From an uncultured Gammaproteobacteria bacterium (GTDB taxonomy: Bacteria > Patescibacteriota > Patescibacteriia > 2-01-FULL-39-33), in the NCBI GenBank assembly GCA_964455185.1, contig CAYVUR010000001.1, forward strand, positions 3,892-67,891: 64,000 nt of DNA. Direction: 5' to 3'. The notes under the pieces are model-generated. The model was not told where the DNA came from. It saw nothing but the letters and a program-made list of their open reading frames with translations, and did no database searches. Made by a program: the position numbers and the translations under genes. This document shows, one piece after another, positions 18,058 through 27,190 of this stretch (the first letter of the stretch is position 1; each line of letters begins with the position of its first letter).

Positions 18058-19107
18058 ATGGCTCCAACTAAATCAAGTAAAGTTATTGTAGATATTTCAT
18101 CAATGACTTTTTTAAAAATATTATTAATTTTTGCTGTAGCCGCTTTTCTTTTTTATGTTAAAGATATTGCTATAATGCTATTTGTTTCTTTAATTTTAGC
18201 AGCGGCTATTAATCCTTCAGTAGATTGGATGCAGAAAAATAAAGTTCCGCGTGTTTTAGGGATTGTTTTTATTTATGTTCTAATTTTATCTGCATTGTTT
18301 TTTTCTTTTTATTTAATTATTAATCCTTTAACTTTAGAAATAAAAAATCTTTCTAAAGATTTTCCAGTTTATTGGGATAAGATATCAACGGGTTGGCATG
18401 AATTTGATACTTTTTCTAAAAATCAAGGTTGGCAAAAAACAATTGAAGATTTTTTATTGTCTCTACAAGCTGGTTTAGCTTCTTTAGCTTCTAATTTTTT
18501 AGGTGGTATAGTTTCTTTTATTGGTAGTATTTTTTCTTTTTTTGTTATTTTGGTAATGACTTTTTATCTTTCACTTTATGATCAATTAATAAAAAAGAAA
18601 ATTAGATCTTTTTTACCGCCTGATAAACAACCTTATTTTTTAGCAGTAATTAATCGCATGCAAGAAAAGATTGGTTTTTGGTTGCGAGGTCAATTATTAT
18701 TGTCATTAATTATTTTTATTTTTTGTTTAATAGGTTTATTAGTTTTAGGAATTAAATATGCTTGGGTATTAGCTTTATTTGCTGGCATTACAGAGTTTAT
18801 TCCTTATCTTGGTCCATTTATTGGCGCAATACCAGCTATTTTTATAGCATTTACTCAAAATCCAAGTTTAGGTTTTTATGTTTTAGTTTTATATATAATT
18901 ATTCAACAATCAGAAAATAATATTATTGTACCATTACTAATGAAAAAAGCGGTAGGATTAAATCCTGTTGTGGTAATAGTTGCGATGTTAGTTGGCGCAA
19001 AAATTGCTGGAATTGCCGGGGTTTTATTAGCGGTGCCAGTAACCACAGCAATAGGAGTAATTATAGGAGATATTTTTAGTCAAAGCGTTGAAAAAGATAT
19101 TGTTTAG
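18058..19107 (+). CDS. AI-2E family transporter (PerM/UPF0118-type permease)
   Basis: Polytopic membrane protein with the conserved C-terminal block FIPYLGPFIGAIPAIFIAF...IIVPLLM...VG. Confidence 0.75.
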   Translation: MAPTKSSKVIVDISSMTFLKILLIFAVAAFLFYVKDIAIMLFVSLILAAAINPSVDWMQKNKVPRVLGIVFIYVLILSALFFSFYLIINPLTLEIKNLSKDFPVYWDKISTGWHEFDTFSKNQGWQKTIEDFLLSLQAGLASLASNFLGGIVSFIGSIFSFFVILVMTFYLSLYDQLIKKKIRSFLPPDKQPYFLAVINRMQEKIGFWLRGQLLLSLIIFIFCLIGLLVLGIKYAWVLALFAGITEFIPYLGPFIGAIPAIFIAFTQNPSLGFYVLVLYIIIQQSENNIIVPLLMKKAVGLNPVVVIVAMLVGAKIAGIAGVLLAVPVTTAIGVIIGDIFSQSVEKDIV

Positions 19108-19182
19108 TATAAAATATTATGTTATAATTTTATTATAATTAATAATAAAAAGGCAAAATGGCCAGAAAGGAGAGGAAATAAA

Positions 19183-19719
19183 ATGAAAATTCCTTATACT
19201 AAAAAAAATGCGGAAAATTTTTCCGAAAATGAAGAAAATAAAATAATAAATAATAATTGTTGCTCAGAATCAAATAATACTCGCAAATATTATTATATTT
19301 GGTTATTGTTGGTGGTAGTATTAGCAGTTGTTATCATGGCTTATTCAGCTTGGTCTTCAAAAATTGCTTATCCATCTAATAAGGATTGGCAAGCAGTATT
19401 TTTAGTTAATGGACAAGTTTATTTTGGTAAAGTTACTAAAGTGAGCAGTAAAACATTAACTCTCAAAGATATTTATTATTTACAATTTGTTACTAAACCG
19501 CTTCAAACTAGTCAAAGTGGAACCAATACTTCTGGAGAGCAACAAACTCAGCAAGAATTAACTTTAATTAAATTAGGTAATGAATTACATGGCCCAACTG
19601 ATTCGATGATTATTAATCGTGATCAGATACTTTTAACTGAAAAATTAGGTAAGAATTCTAAAGTTATTGAAGCTATTAATAAATATCTTAGTGAAAAAGA
19701 AGCTTCAAAAAATAAATAA
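19183..19719 (+). CDS. Hypothetical membrane-anchored protein (single N-terminal TM)
   Basis: 178-aa ORF with TM YIWLLLVVVLAVVIMAYSAW and no recognisable motif. Confidence 0.4.
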   Translation: MKIPYTKKNAENFSENEENKIINNNCCSESNNTRKYYYIWLLLVVVLAVVIMAYSAWSSKIAYPSNKDWQAVFLVNGQVYFGKVTKVSSKTLTLKDIYYLQFVTKPLQTSQSGTNTSGEQQTQQELTLIKLGNELHGPTDSMIINRDQILLTEKLGKNSKVIEAINKYLSEKEASKNK

Positions 19720-19735
19720 TTATAATAAATAGGTA

Positions 19736-19771
19736 GAACGGGAACTTCAATAGTTGTTCCCGTTTTTTTGT
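19736..19771 (+). terminator. Rho-independent terminator
   Basis: GAACGGGAAC-ttcaatagtt-GTTCCCGTT followed by TTTTTT. It overlaps the first in-frame Met of the next track ORF, which argues that gene starts at 19796. Confidence 0.65.
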
Positions 19772-19795
19772 TTTTTATGTTATACTAAATTTAGT

Positions 19796-20404
19796 ATGGA
19801 AGGATTAGATAAAAAAGAAAGATCAAAATTAATATTAAATGATTTAGTTGATGATGAATTATTATCTTTAGATGAGGCCGCTAAGTTACTTAAAGTTAGC
19901 GAATCTTATCTTTTAAGTTTAGTTAGACGTGGCAAAATTAAAGCTTTTAAATTTGATGAATATTGGTTTATTAAACTTGATTGGATAAAACAATTTCGTC
20001 AACAGATACAAGATCATATTTCAGAAATTATTACAGCAGAAAATTTTGATAATAATTATAGATGGATTAAGCCAATAAAAAAGAAAGAAAATATTAATAA
20101 TAGTTTTTTTATTTTTAGTTTTAGATTATTAAGTTTTTCTTTTTTGTTTGCTATTATGGTTTTAGCTTCAGCTTGGATGATGCCTTTTGCTAATAATTTA
20201 GCAATCAGTGATACTTATTTTTTATCAGCAGTTTTAACTGTTTCTAATATTTATACTAAACCAGTTAATTCACTTTCTAAATTGATAATTACCCAATCTA
20301 AAATTAATGACGAAGTATTAACTCTTTGGGTGCGTAGTATTTTAATTAATAATCAAGATAATATTGGACAAGTAGCTGGAACTAGTGAAGGTTTTAATGA
20401 ATAA
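19796..20404 (+). CDS. HTH (excisionase/MerR-superfamily-like) membrane protein; paralogous in architecture to the 8692 gene
   Basis: LSLDEAAKLLKVSESYLLSLVRRGKIKAFKFDEYWFI HTH, then a TM helix (FSFLFAIMVLASAWMMPF). The start was moved from the track's 19754 to Met15 because of the upstream terminator. Confidence 0.4.
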   Translation: MEGLDKKERSKLILNDLVDDELLSLDEAAKLLKVSESYLLSLVRRGKIKAFKFDEYWFIKLDWIKQFRQQIQDHISEIITAENFDNNYRWIKPIKKKENINNSFFIFSFRLLSFSFLFAIMVLASAWMMPFANNLAISDTYFLSAVLTVSNIYTKPVNSLSKLIITQSKINDEVLTLWVRSILINNQDNIGQVAGTSEGFNE

Positions 20405-20430
20405 TTTTAATATAATAATTATTTTATTTA

Positions 20431-20457
20431 ATCCGCTTAAGTAAAAGCGGATTTTGA
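20431..20457 (+). terminator. Rho-independent terminator
   Basis: ATCCGCTT-aagtaa-AAGCGGAT followed by TTTT. Confidence 0.6.
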
Positions 20458-20505
20458 CTTTTATAGGTATTTTGAGTTAAAATTTAAGAAAATTATAATA
20501 AGTTT

Positions 20506-21891
20506 ATGACTAAAAAAATAGTTGAAAAAAATGATAAAATGGAAAAAATCGTAGCTTTATGTAAACGTAGAGGTTTTATTTTTCCAGCTTGTGAAATTTA
20601 TGGAGGCTTTGCTAATGCTTATTCTTATGGACCTTATGGTGTCGAATTAAAAAATAATATTAAACGACTTTGGTGGAAAAAATTTATTGATGAACGAGAT
20701 GATATGGTTGGTTTAGATGGACCTATTTTATTACATCCTAAATTATGGGAAGCTTCAGGACATTTAGACGGCTTTAATGATGCTATGATTGATTGTAAAA
20801 ATTGTAAAATGCGTTATCGTGCTGATAACTTAATTAATGAAGTTTTAGGTATTGATTTGGAAGGTAAATTAGATGAAATGACTAAAATAATTAGAGAAAA
20901 AATTAAATGTCCTAATTGTGGTAAACAGAATTGGACTGAAGCTAGATTTTTTAACATGATGTTTAAAACAGAAATGAATGGCATTGATGAACCAGTCTAT
21001 TTAAGACCAGAAACAGCAGGAGCAATTTTTGTTGATTTTAAGAATGTAGTTGATTCTTGTCGTGTTAAGATACCGTTTGGTATTGGTCAAATTGGTAAAG
21101 CTTTTCGCAATGAAATAGTAGCACGTAATTTTATTTTTCGTGTACGTGAGTTTGAACAAATGGAAATCGAGTATTTTATTTCTCCTGATGCTGATTGGCA
21201 AACTATGTTTAATAATTGGTTAGATCTACAAGAAGAATTTGCTTATGAACTAGGAGCTAAATCAGAAGATTTGAGACGTTATGAACATCCTAAAGAAAAA
21301 TTATCTCATTATTCTAGAAAAACTGTAGATATTGAATATAATTTTCCTTTTGGATTTTCTGAATTATTTGGCTTAGCACATCGTGGTGATTTTGATTTAT
21401 CACAGCACCAAAAATTTTCTGGCACTAATTTAGAATATTTAGATCAAGCATCTGGTAAAAAATATTTACCTCATGTTTTAGAACCAACTTTTGGTGTTGA
21501 TCGTTGTGTTTTAATGGTTTTATCAGCTGCTTATAATGAAGAAGAAATTAGTGAAAATGATATTAGAACAGTTTTAAAAATTCCTCCAATAATTGCGCCG
21601 ATTAAAGCGGCTGTTTTTCCATTACTTAAAAATAAGCCGGAATTAGTAAATAAAGCAAGAAAGATTTTTAATGATTTGCGTTCTGAAATTAAATGTGAAT
21701 TTGATGATAATGGAAATATTGGTAAACGTTATCGTCGTCAAGACGAAATTGGTACGCCTTATTGTGTAACAGTTGATTTTGATACTTTAGAAAAAGAAGA
21801 AGTAACTGTTCGTGATAGAGACACTATGCAACAAGAAAGAGTAAAAGTTCAAGAACTTAAAACTTGGTTAATAAATAAAATTAATGGTTAA
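20506..21891 (+). CDS. glyQS: Glycine--tRNA ligase (dimeric class II type)
   Basis: N-terminal RGFIFPACEIYGGFANAYSYGPYG is typical of alpha2-type GlyRS. Class II motifs and an anticodon-binding C-terminus are present. Confidence 0.9.
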   Translation: MTKKIVEKNDKMEKIVALCKRRGFIFPACEIYGGFANAYSYGPYGVELKNNIKRLWWKKFIDERDDMVGLDGPILLHPKLWEASGHLDGFNDAMIDCKNCKMRYRADNLINEVLGIDLEGKLDEMTKIIREKIKCPNCGKQNWTEARFFNMMFKTEMNGIDEPVYLRPETAGAIFVDFKNVVDSCRVKIPFGIGQIGKAFRNEIVARNFIFRVREFEQMEIEYFISPDADWQTMFNNWLDLQEEFAYELGAKSEDLRRYEHPKEKLSHYSRKTVDIEYNFPFGFSELFGLAHRGDFDLSQHQKFSGTNLEYLDQASGKKYLPHVLEPTFGVDRCVLMVLSAAYNEEEISENDIRTVLKIPPIIAPIKAAVFPLLKNKPELVNKARKIFNDLRSEIKCEFDDNGNIGKRYRRQDEIGTPYCVTVDFDTLEKEEVTVRDRDTMQQERVKVQELKTWLINKING

Positions 21892-21906
21892 TTTAAATAT
21901 TTTTTA

Positions 21907-21940
21907 AAAAAGCCACTATAAAATTGGTGGCTTTTTTTAT
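21907..21940 (+). terminator. Rho-independent terminator after glyQS
   Basis: AAAAGCCAC-tataaaatt-GGTGGCTTTTTTT. Confidence 0.7.
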
Positions 21941-21980
21941 TCTTTTTTGTTAAGATTATCACATAAAATAAATTAGTTTT

Positions 21981-23234
21981 ATGTATAAAAAACAAACTCT
22001 TCAAAATGGTATTCGTTTAATTACAGCGCCGTTAAAAGAAACACAAACTGCTAGCTTATTAGTTTTAGTTAAAGTTGGTAGTCGCCAAGAAACTAAATCT
22101 ATTTATGGTATTTCTCATTTTATTGAACACATGATGTTTAAAGGAACTTTAAAACGACCAACTACTTTAGATTTATCAAAAGAACTTGATGGTATTGGGG
22201 CTGAATACAATGCTTATACTGGTAAAGATGTTACTGGTTATTATATTAAATCAGATGCCAGACATCTATCGCTAGCAATTGATATACTTTCTGATATGTT
22301 GCTTAATTCTAAATTAGAAGTTAAAGAATTAGAAAAAGAAAAAGGAGTTATTATAGAAGAAATTAATATGTATGAAGATAATCCAATGATGTTTGTTGAA
22401 GAAATTTTAGAAGAAACTATTTTTTCTGGTTCACAATTAGGACATCAAGTTATTGGCACTCGAGAAATTATTAATTCTTTAGATCGTGTTTCATTAGTTA
22501 ATTATAGAGATACTTTTTATAATGGGTTAAATATAGTAATTGCTTTAGCTGGTAAATTTTCTGATAAACATATCAAAGAAATTAAATCTAAATTTCTTAT
22601 TAAAAGAGGTAAAAAATCAAAAATTAAAGACACTATTTTAATTCAAAAACATCCTAAAGTTAATATTAAATATAAAGATACTGAGCAGGTTCATTTAGCT
22701 TTAGGTTTCCCATCTTTTTCTCAACATGATAAGCGCAATTATGCTTTACAATTAATGTCAGTAATCTTGGGTGGTAATATGAGTTCACGTTTATTTATTA
22801 ATATTAGAGAAAGAAATGGTTTATGTTATTTTATTCGTTCGTGGAATAATTTATATGAAGATATAGGAGCAACTATTATTCAAGCTGGTTTAGATAAAAG
22901 TCGTATTGATTTTGCTATTAAAGCTATTAGAAGTGAGTTAGAAAAAATTTCTTTTGGCGTTTCTGATGAAGAGTTACGACGCGCTAAAGAATTTATCGCT
23001 GGTAAATTAGCTCTAGATTTAGAGGATTCTATGTCAATTGCTCAATATTATGGTAATTTAGAATTAATTAATAAACCTTTAATTTCTCCTAAAGAAAAAT
23101 TAAAAAAGATTATGGCCGTTAAAGCTTCAGAAGTAAAAAGTGTCGCTCAGAAAATTTTTGATTTTAATAAAGCTAATTTAGCAATTATTGGTCCTTTTAA
23201 AGATGAAATTAGATTTCTTAAATTATTAAAATAG
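21981..23234 (+). CDS. M16-family zinc peptidase (pitrilysin/insulinase-like)
   Basis: Inverted zinc-binding motif HFIEHMMFKGT (HxxEH) near the N-terminus. 417 aa with two M16 halves. Confidence 0.8.
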   Translation: MYKKQTLQNGIRLITAPLKETQTASLLVLVKVGSRQETKSIYGISHFIEHMMFKGTLKRPTTLDLSKELDGIGAEYNAYTGKDVTGYYIKSDARHLSLAIDILSDMLLNSKLEVKELEKEKGVIIEEINMYEDNPMMFVEEILEETIFSGSQLGHQVIGTREIINSLDRVSLVNYRDTFYNGLNIVIALAGKFSDKHIKEIKSKFLIKRGKKSKIKDTILIQKHPKVNIKYKDTEQVHLALGFPSFSQHDKRNYALQLMSVILGGNMSSRLFINIRERNGLCYFIRSWNNLYEDIGATIIQAGLDKSRIDFAIKAIRSELEKISFGVSDEELRRAKEFIAGKLALDLEDSMSIAQYYGNLELINKPLISPKEKLKKIMAVKASEVKSVAQKIFDFNKANLAIIGPFKDEIRFLKLLK

Positions 23235-23264
23235 ATTTATTATAATTTTTTATAAAACAATAAT

Positions 23265-24455
23265 ATGCGGATAGGCATTGATTGTCGTACTATTCTTAAT
23301 CCAAATGGTGGCGAATTAGCTGGAGTTGGCCATTATACTTATTATTTAGTTAAAAATTTATTATCTATTGATAAACAAAATGATTATGTTCTTTTTTTTG
23401 ATAATAATTTTTTAGATTTTGAGCAATTTAAAGCTTATAATGTTAAAATCGTCAAATTTCCTTTTTATCAATATAAAAAATATTTACCAATTGCTTATTC
23501 GCAAATGTTAATTAGTGCTTTTTTTGCTAGAGAAAGATTAGATTTATTACATGCTCCTGCTAATGTTATACCTATTTTTTATCGTCGGCCAGCTGTTGTA
23601 ACTATTCATGATTTAGCTATTTATAAATTTCCAGATTTTTTTCCTACTAACAAAATACTTAAACAATCTTTTGCTACTAAAGTTTTGGTTCCTAATAGTA
23701 TTAATCTAGCTAAAAAAATAATTGCTGTCTCACAGAATACTAAAAATGATATCATTGATATTTTTGGTACTTCAGAAAATAAAATTGAAGTAATTTATGA
23801 AGGAGTAATTAGTCATGGCAAAAATTGTCCTCATCAAGTATCTTTTACTTCAGTTAAAGAAAAATATAATATTGGTGAAAAATATTTATTATTTTTAGGT
23901 TCAATTGAGCCTCGCAAAAATATTATTAATTTAATTAAAGCTTTTAAAAATTATAAATTATTAGAAAAAGAAAAAGCAAATGAATTACAATTAATTTTGG
24001 TTGGCAGTAAAGGTTGGAAAAATAAAGAAATTTTTGAAACCATTAAAGAGGCTAATCAGAATTTATCCGCTAAAGACAATTATCAACCAATTCGATATTT
24101 AGGTTATGTTTCTTTGCCTGAGAAACTTTCATTAATTGCAAATGCTATAGCTTTTGTTTTTCCTTCCTTTTATGAGGGGTTTGGTTTACCAGTATTGGAA
24201 GCGATGAGTATGTCAATACCGGTAATTACTTCAAAAATTTCTTCTATTCCAGAAATAACTGGGCAAGATGGGGCCCTTCTTATTAATCCTTATAAAGAAT
24301 CAGAGATTCAAGATGCTATTAGTCAAATAATTTCTGATGAAGGATTAAGAGAACAATTAGCAATTAAAGGGCATAATCGAGCTCAAGAATTTACTTGGCA
24401 GAAGTGTGCTGAAAAAACTTTAGAAATTTATTACCAGATTATAAAGAATAAATAA
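23265..24455 (+). CDS. Glycosyltransferase family 4
   Basis: C-terminal GT4 motif EGFGLPVLEAMSMSIPVITS. Confidence 0.8.
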   Translation: MRIGIDCRTILNPNGGELAGVGHYTYYLVKNLLSIDKQNDYVLFFDNNFLDFEQFKAYNVKIVKFPFYQYKKYLPIAYSQMLISAFFARERLDLLHAPANVIPIFYRRPAVVTIHDLAIYKFPDFFPTNKILKQSFATKVLVPNSINLAKKIIAVSQNTKNDIIDIFGTSENKIEVIYEGVISHGKNCPHQVSFTSVKEKYNIGEKYLLFLGSIEPRKNIINLIKAFKNYKLLEKEKANELQLILVGSKGWKNKEIFETIKEANQNLSAKDNYQPIRYLGYVSLPEKLSLIANAIAFVFPSFYEGFGLPVLEAMSMSIPVITSKISSIPEITGQDGALLINPYKESEIQDAISQIISDEGLREQLAIKGHNRAQEFTWQKCAEKTLEIYYQIIKNK

Positions 24456-24480
24456 GCCGCATTAAGCGGCTTATTTATTT
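24452..24480. terminator. Bidirectional terminator hairpin between convergent genes
   Basis: ATAAGCCGC-att-aaGCGGCTTAT followed by a T-run. Confidence 0.65.
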
Positions 24481-24498
24481 GATTTATTTTTATCAGTT

Positions 24499-25008
24499 TT
24501 ATTTAATAAAGTTTATTTCTGCTAAAGTCATAAATAAAAAAGCAAAAAGTAATATTTGCATAACAATTCCTAATTTCAAAGGAATATCATTTTTCATTTT
24601 ACCTATTAAAATGTGATGATTCCATTTATGAAAATCAAAAAACCATTTTATTTTTTTAGATTTAGTTAATACATAACTAGCTACCAAAAGATCAGGAATA
24701 ATTCCTCCAACAATTCCCCAAATAACCCCGTCATCTTTAGCAAAATAAAAGTTTTTAAACATAAATAAAAGAAAAAAAACTAATATAATATAATCAAGTA
24801 ATCCATAAGCGGCTAAAGATTTAATTTTTTCTTCTTCGCTTAATTTTTTATTTAGTAAACCAAAAAAACGTTTTCCCAATTCTTTATCTCCATGAGGTAT
24901 AATGTCCATGATAAAATGGAGTATAAAATTGATTAAAAATGATAAAATTGGATTAGTAATTTGTGTGCCAACCAATGCTCCTGTGGCGGCATGAATAGTA
25001 ATAAACAT
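24499..25008 (-). CDS. Small polytopic membrane protein, possibly DUF457/YdjM-like membrane-bound metal-dependent hydrolase
   Basis: 169 aa, 4-5 TM helices, His/Asp-rich N-terminus (HAATGALVG...HFIMDIIPHGD). The family assignment is tentative. Confidence 0.3.
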   Translation of the reverse strand: MFITIHAATGALVGTQITNPILSFLINFILHFIMDIIPHGDKELGKRFFGLLNKKLSEEEKIKSLAAYGLLDYIILVFFLLFMFKNFYFAKDDGVIWGIVGGIIPDLLVASYVLTKSKKIKWFFDFHKWNHHILIGKMKNDIPLKLGIVMQILLFAFLFMTLAEINFIK

Positions 25009-25106
25009 AGTATATTTATATTATAACAAAAAAAAGCAAAAATATTAATATTTTAATGTTTTTATTAAAAAAATAAAAAAATTCGAAAAGTGAGTTTTTA
25101 TAAGAG

Positions 25107-25178
<72 letters not shown>

Positions 25179-25191
25179 ATGAAATATTTGT

Positions 25192-25264
25192 TGCGGGGGC
25201 GGGATTTGAACCCGCGACCTCTTGGTTATGAGCCAAGCGAGCTGCCAGACTGCTCTACCCCGCG
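25192..25264 (-). tRNA. Initiator tRNA-fMet (CAT)
   Basis: CGCGGGG...GCTTGG-CTCATAA-CCAAG...GCGGG-TTCAAAT-CCCGC-CCCCGCA-A. It has a C1:A72 mismatch, G-C pairs in the anticodon stem and close similarity to canonical tRNA-fMet. Confidence 0.85.
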
Positions 25265-25278
25265 ATAATATCTGGAAA

Positions 25279-25360
25279 TGCCCGAGGAGAGATTTGAACT
25301 CTCACATATTTCTATACACGATTTTGAGTCGTGCGCGTCTACCAATTCCGCCACTCGGGC
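25279..25360 (-). tRNA. tRNA-Leu (CAA), class II with a long variable arm
   Basis: GCCCGAG-TG-GCGG..CACGA-CTCAAAA-TCGTG-TATAGAAATATG-TGAGAG-TTCAAAT-CTCTC-CTCGGGC-A. Confidence 0.8.
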
Positions 25361-25381
25361 AAAGCAAATTGGTGTTTTTAT

Positions 25382-25409
25382 TTTATATTAAAATTTAGTC
25401 TTTTGTCAA
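25382..25409 (-). promoter_or_regulatory. Candidate promoter for the tRNA-Leu/fMet/Met cluster (TTGACA-16-TATAAA)
   Basis: Minus-strand TTGACA (complement of 25404-25409) and TATAAA about 16 nt downstream, ~20 nt before the tRNA-Leu 5' end. Confidence 0.35.
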
Positions 25410-25462
25410 CTTTGATTAATTTTATAATTGTTTAATTTATATAAATTTATATTTAGTTATTT

Positions 25463-25491
25463 TTGTCAAAAGCAGATTATCATGTTATAAT
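25463..25491 (+). promoter_or_regulatory. Strong sigma70-type promoter for parAB (TTGTCA-17-TgtTATAAT)
   Basis: TTGTCA 25463-25468, 17-nt spacer, TATAAT 25486-25491 with an upstream TG, 10 nt before the parA ATG. Confidence 0.6.
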
Positions 25492-25500
25492 AATTACGTT

Positions 25501-26274
25501 ATGGGAAAAATTATTTCCATCGTAAATCAAAAAGGTGGAGTTGGTAAGACTACTACCTCAATTAATTTAGGCGCTTACTTAAGTTATTTTGGTAAGTCGG
25601 TACTTTTAGTTGATTTAGATCCTCAAAGCAATGCTACTTCCGGATTAGGCATATCTCGAGAACTAGATAAAGGAGTATATGAGGTATTAGCTGGACCTTA
25701 TTCTTTTAAAGATGTTTTAACAAAAACTAATCATGAAAATTATTTTTTAGCTCCCTCCACAACATCTTTAGCTGGAGCCAATGTTGAATTTGTTTCTCTT
25801 GATCGTAGAGAGTTTAGATTATATGATAATCTTTTAGAAATTAAAAATGATTTTAATTATATAATTATTGATTGTCCTCCATCTTTAGGTTTGCTTACTT
25901 TAAATGGCCTTACAGCGGCTGATCAGATTTTGATTCCAGTGCAAGCAGAATATTTTGCTTTAGAGGGATTGGGTCAATTAGTAGAAACAATTGGATTAAT
26001 TAAAGAAAATTTAAAACCAGAATTAGATATTTTAGGGGTAGTATTAACTATGTATGACAGTAGGTTTAAATTAGCTAATGATGTTTTACGTGAATTGTAT
26101 AGTTATTTTCCTAATAAAATTTTTCGTTCAGTAATTCCTCGTAGCGTGCGTTTATCTGAAGCCCCTAGTTATGGTCAATCAATATTACAATATAACCCTA
26201 AATCTAAAGGAGCTAAAGCTTATGAAAGATTAGCTCGTGAATTTTTACATTTAACAGAATATTATGCCAATTAA
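25501..26274 (+). CDS. parA: Chromosome partitioning ATPase ParA/Soj
   Basis: Deviant Walker A KGGVGKTTTSINLGAYL. Colinear with ParA. Confidence 0.93.
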   Translation: MGKIISIVNQKGGVGKTTTSINLGAYLSYFGKSVLLVDLDPQSNATSGLGISRELDKGVYEVLAGPYSFKDVLTKTNHENYFLAPSTTSLAGANVEFVSLDRREFRLYDNLLEIKNDFNYIIIDCPPSLGLLTLNGLTAADQILIPVQAEYFALEGLGQLVETIGLIKENLKPELDILGVVLTMYDSRFKLANDVLRELYSYFPNKIFRSVIPRSVRLSEAPSYGQSILQYNPKSKGAKAYERLAREFLHLTEYYAN

Positions 26275-27160
26275 AACTTCAGGATTAGGCAGAGGATTAG
26301 GTTCGTTAATACCTAATAAAAAAAATTTATCATTATCTGGTACGCCTAATAATTTAAGCGATTCTTTTTTTATTGAATCTTTAGAAACTAAAGAAAAAAT
26401 TTGGGATTTGCCAGTAGATAAAATTTTACCCAACCCAAATCAGCCTCGTCGCCAATTTGATGATACGTCTTTGAAAGAGCTTGCTGAATCAATTAAAGAA
26501 CATGGAGTAATTCAACCGATAATTGTCGCCAAACAAGGGGATAATTGGCAACTAATAGCAGGAGAAAGACGTTTACGAGCTTCTAAAATTGCTGGTTTAA
26601 AAACAATTCCAGCAATAATTAGAGGTTTAACGGAACAAAAGAAAATGGAGATTGCTTTATTAGAAAATTTGCAAAGAGAAAATCTTAATGCTTTAGAAAT
26701 TGCTTGGGCTTATCGCAAATTAATTGATGAATTTAATTTAACTCATGAACAATTAGCTAAAAAGGTTGGTAAAAGTGCTAGCGTAATTCATAATCATTTA
26801 CGTTTGCTTAATTTACATCCTGATGTACAAGAAGCGATTTTGGCTGGACGACTTACTGAAGGTCATGCTAGAACTTTAGGTGGTCTTCCCTTAGAAGATC
26901 AACTTGAGGGTATGAAAAATATTTTGGAAAAGAAAATGACCGTAAGAGAAGCTGAAGCTTCCGCTAGAGCTATAGTAGCGGCTAAAAAAATTAGAAATTC
27001 AAGAGTATTTGATCCCGAATTAAAAGATTATGAAGATCGAATAGCTACAGCATTAGGTACTCGAGTAGAAATTAGGAGGCGTAATGGTACGGGACAGATT
27101 ACAATAAAATTTTTCAGTAATGATGAATTAAAAGATATAGTAAATAAATTAATTAAATAA
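26264..27160 (+). CDS. parB: Chromosome partitioning protein ParB/Spo0J
   Basis: ParB box GERRLRASKIAGL and an HTH. It overlaps the parA stop. Confidence 0.93.
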   Translation: MPIKTSGLGRGLGSLIPNKKNLSLSGTPNNLSDSFFIESLETKEKIWDLPVDKILPNPNQPRRQFDDTSLKELAESIKEHGVIQPIIVAKQGDNWQLIAGERRLRASKIAGLKTIPAIIRGLTEQKKMEIALLENLQRENLNALEIAWAYRKLIDEFNLTHEQLAKKVGKSASVIHNHLRLLNLHPDVQEAILAGRLTEGHARTLGGLPLEDQLEGMKNILEKKMTVREAEASARAIVAAKKIRNSRVFDPELKDYEDRIATALGTRVEIRRRNGTGQITIKFFSNDELKDIVNKLIK

Positions 27161-27190
27161 AATAAGAACCATTACGGTTCTTATTTTTTA
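27160..27190. terminator. Bidirectional terminator between parB (+) and the RSH gene (-)
   Basis: AAGAACC-atta-cGGTTCTT followed by TTTTTT. Confidence 0.7.

Noticed and set aside
26083-26098. parS-like site TGTTTTACGTGAATTG inside parA
   Set aside because: Only ~12/16 match to the TGTTTCACGTGAAACA consensus, and it loses the palindrome. Too weak to call.
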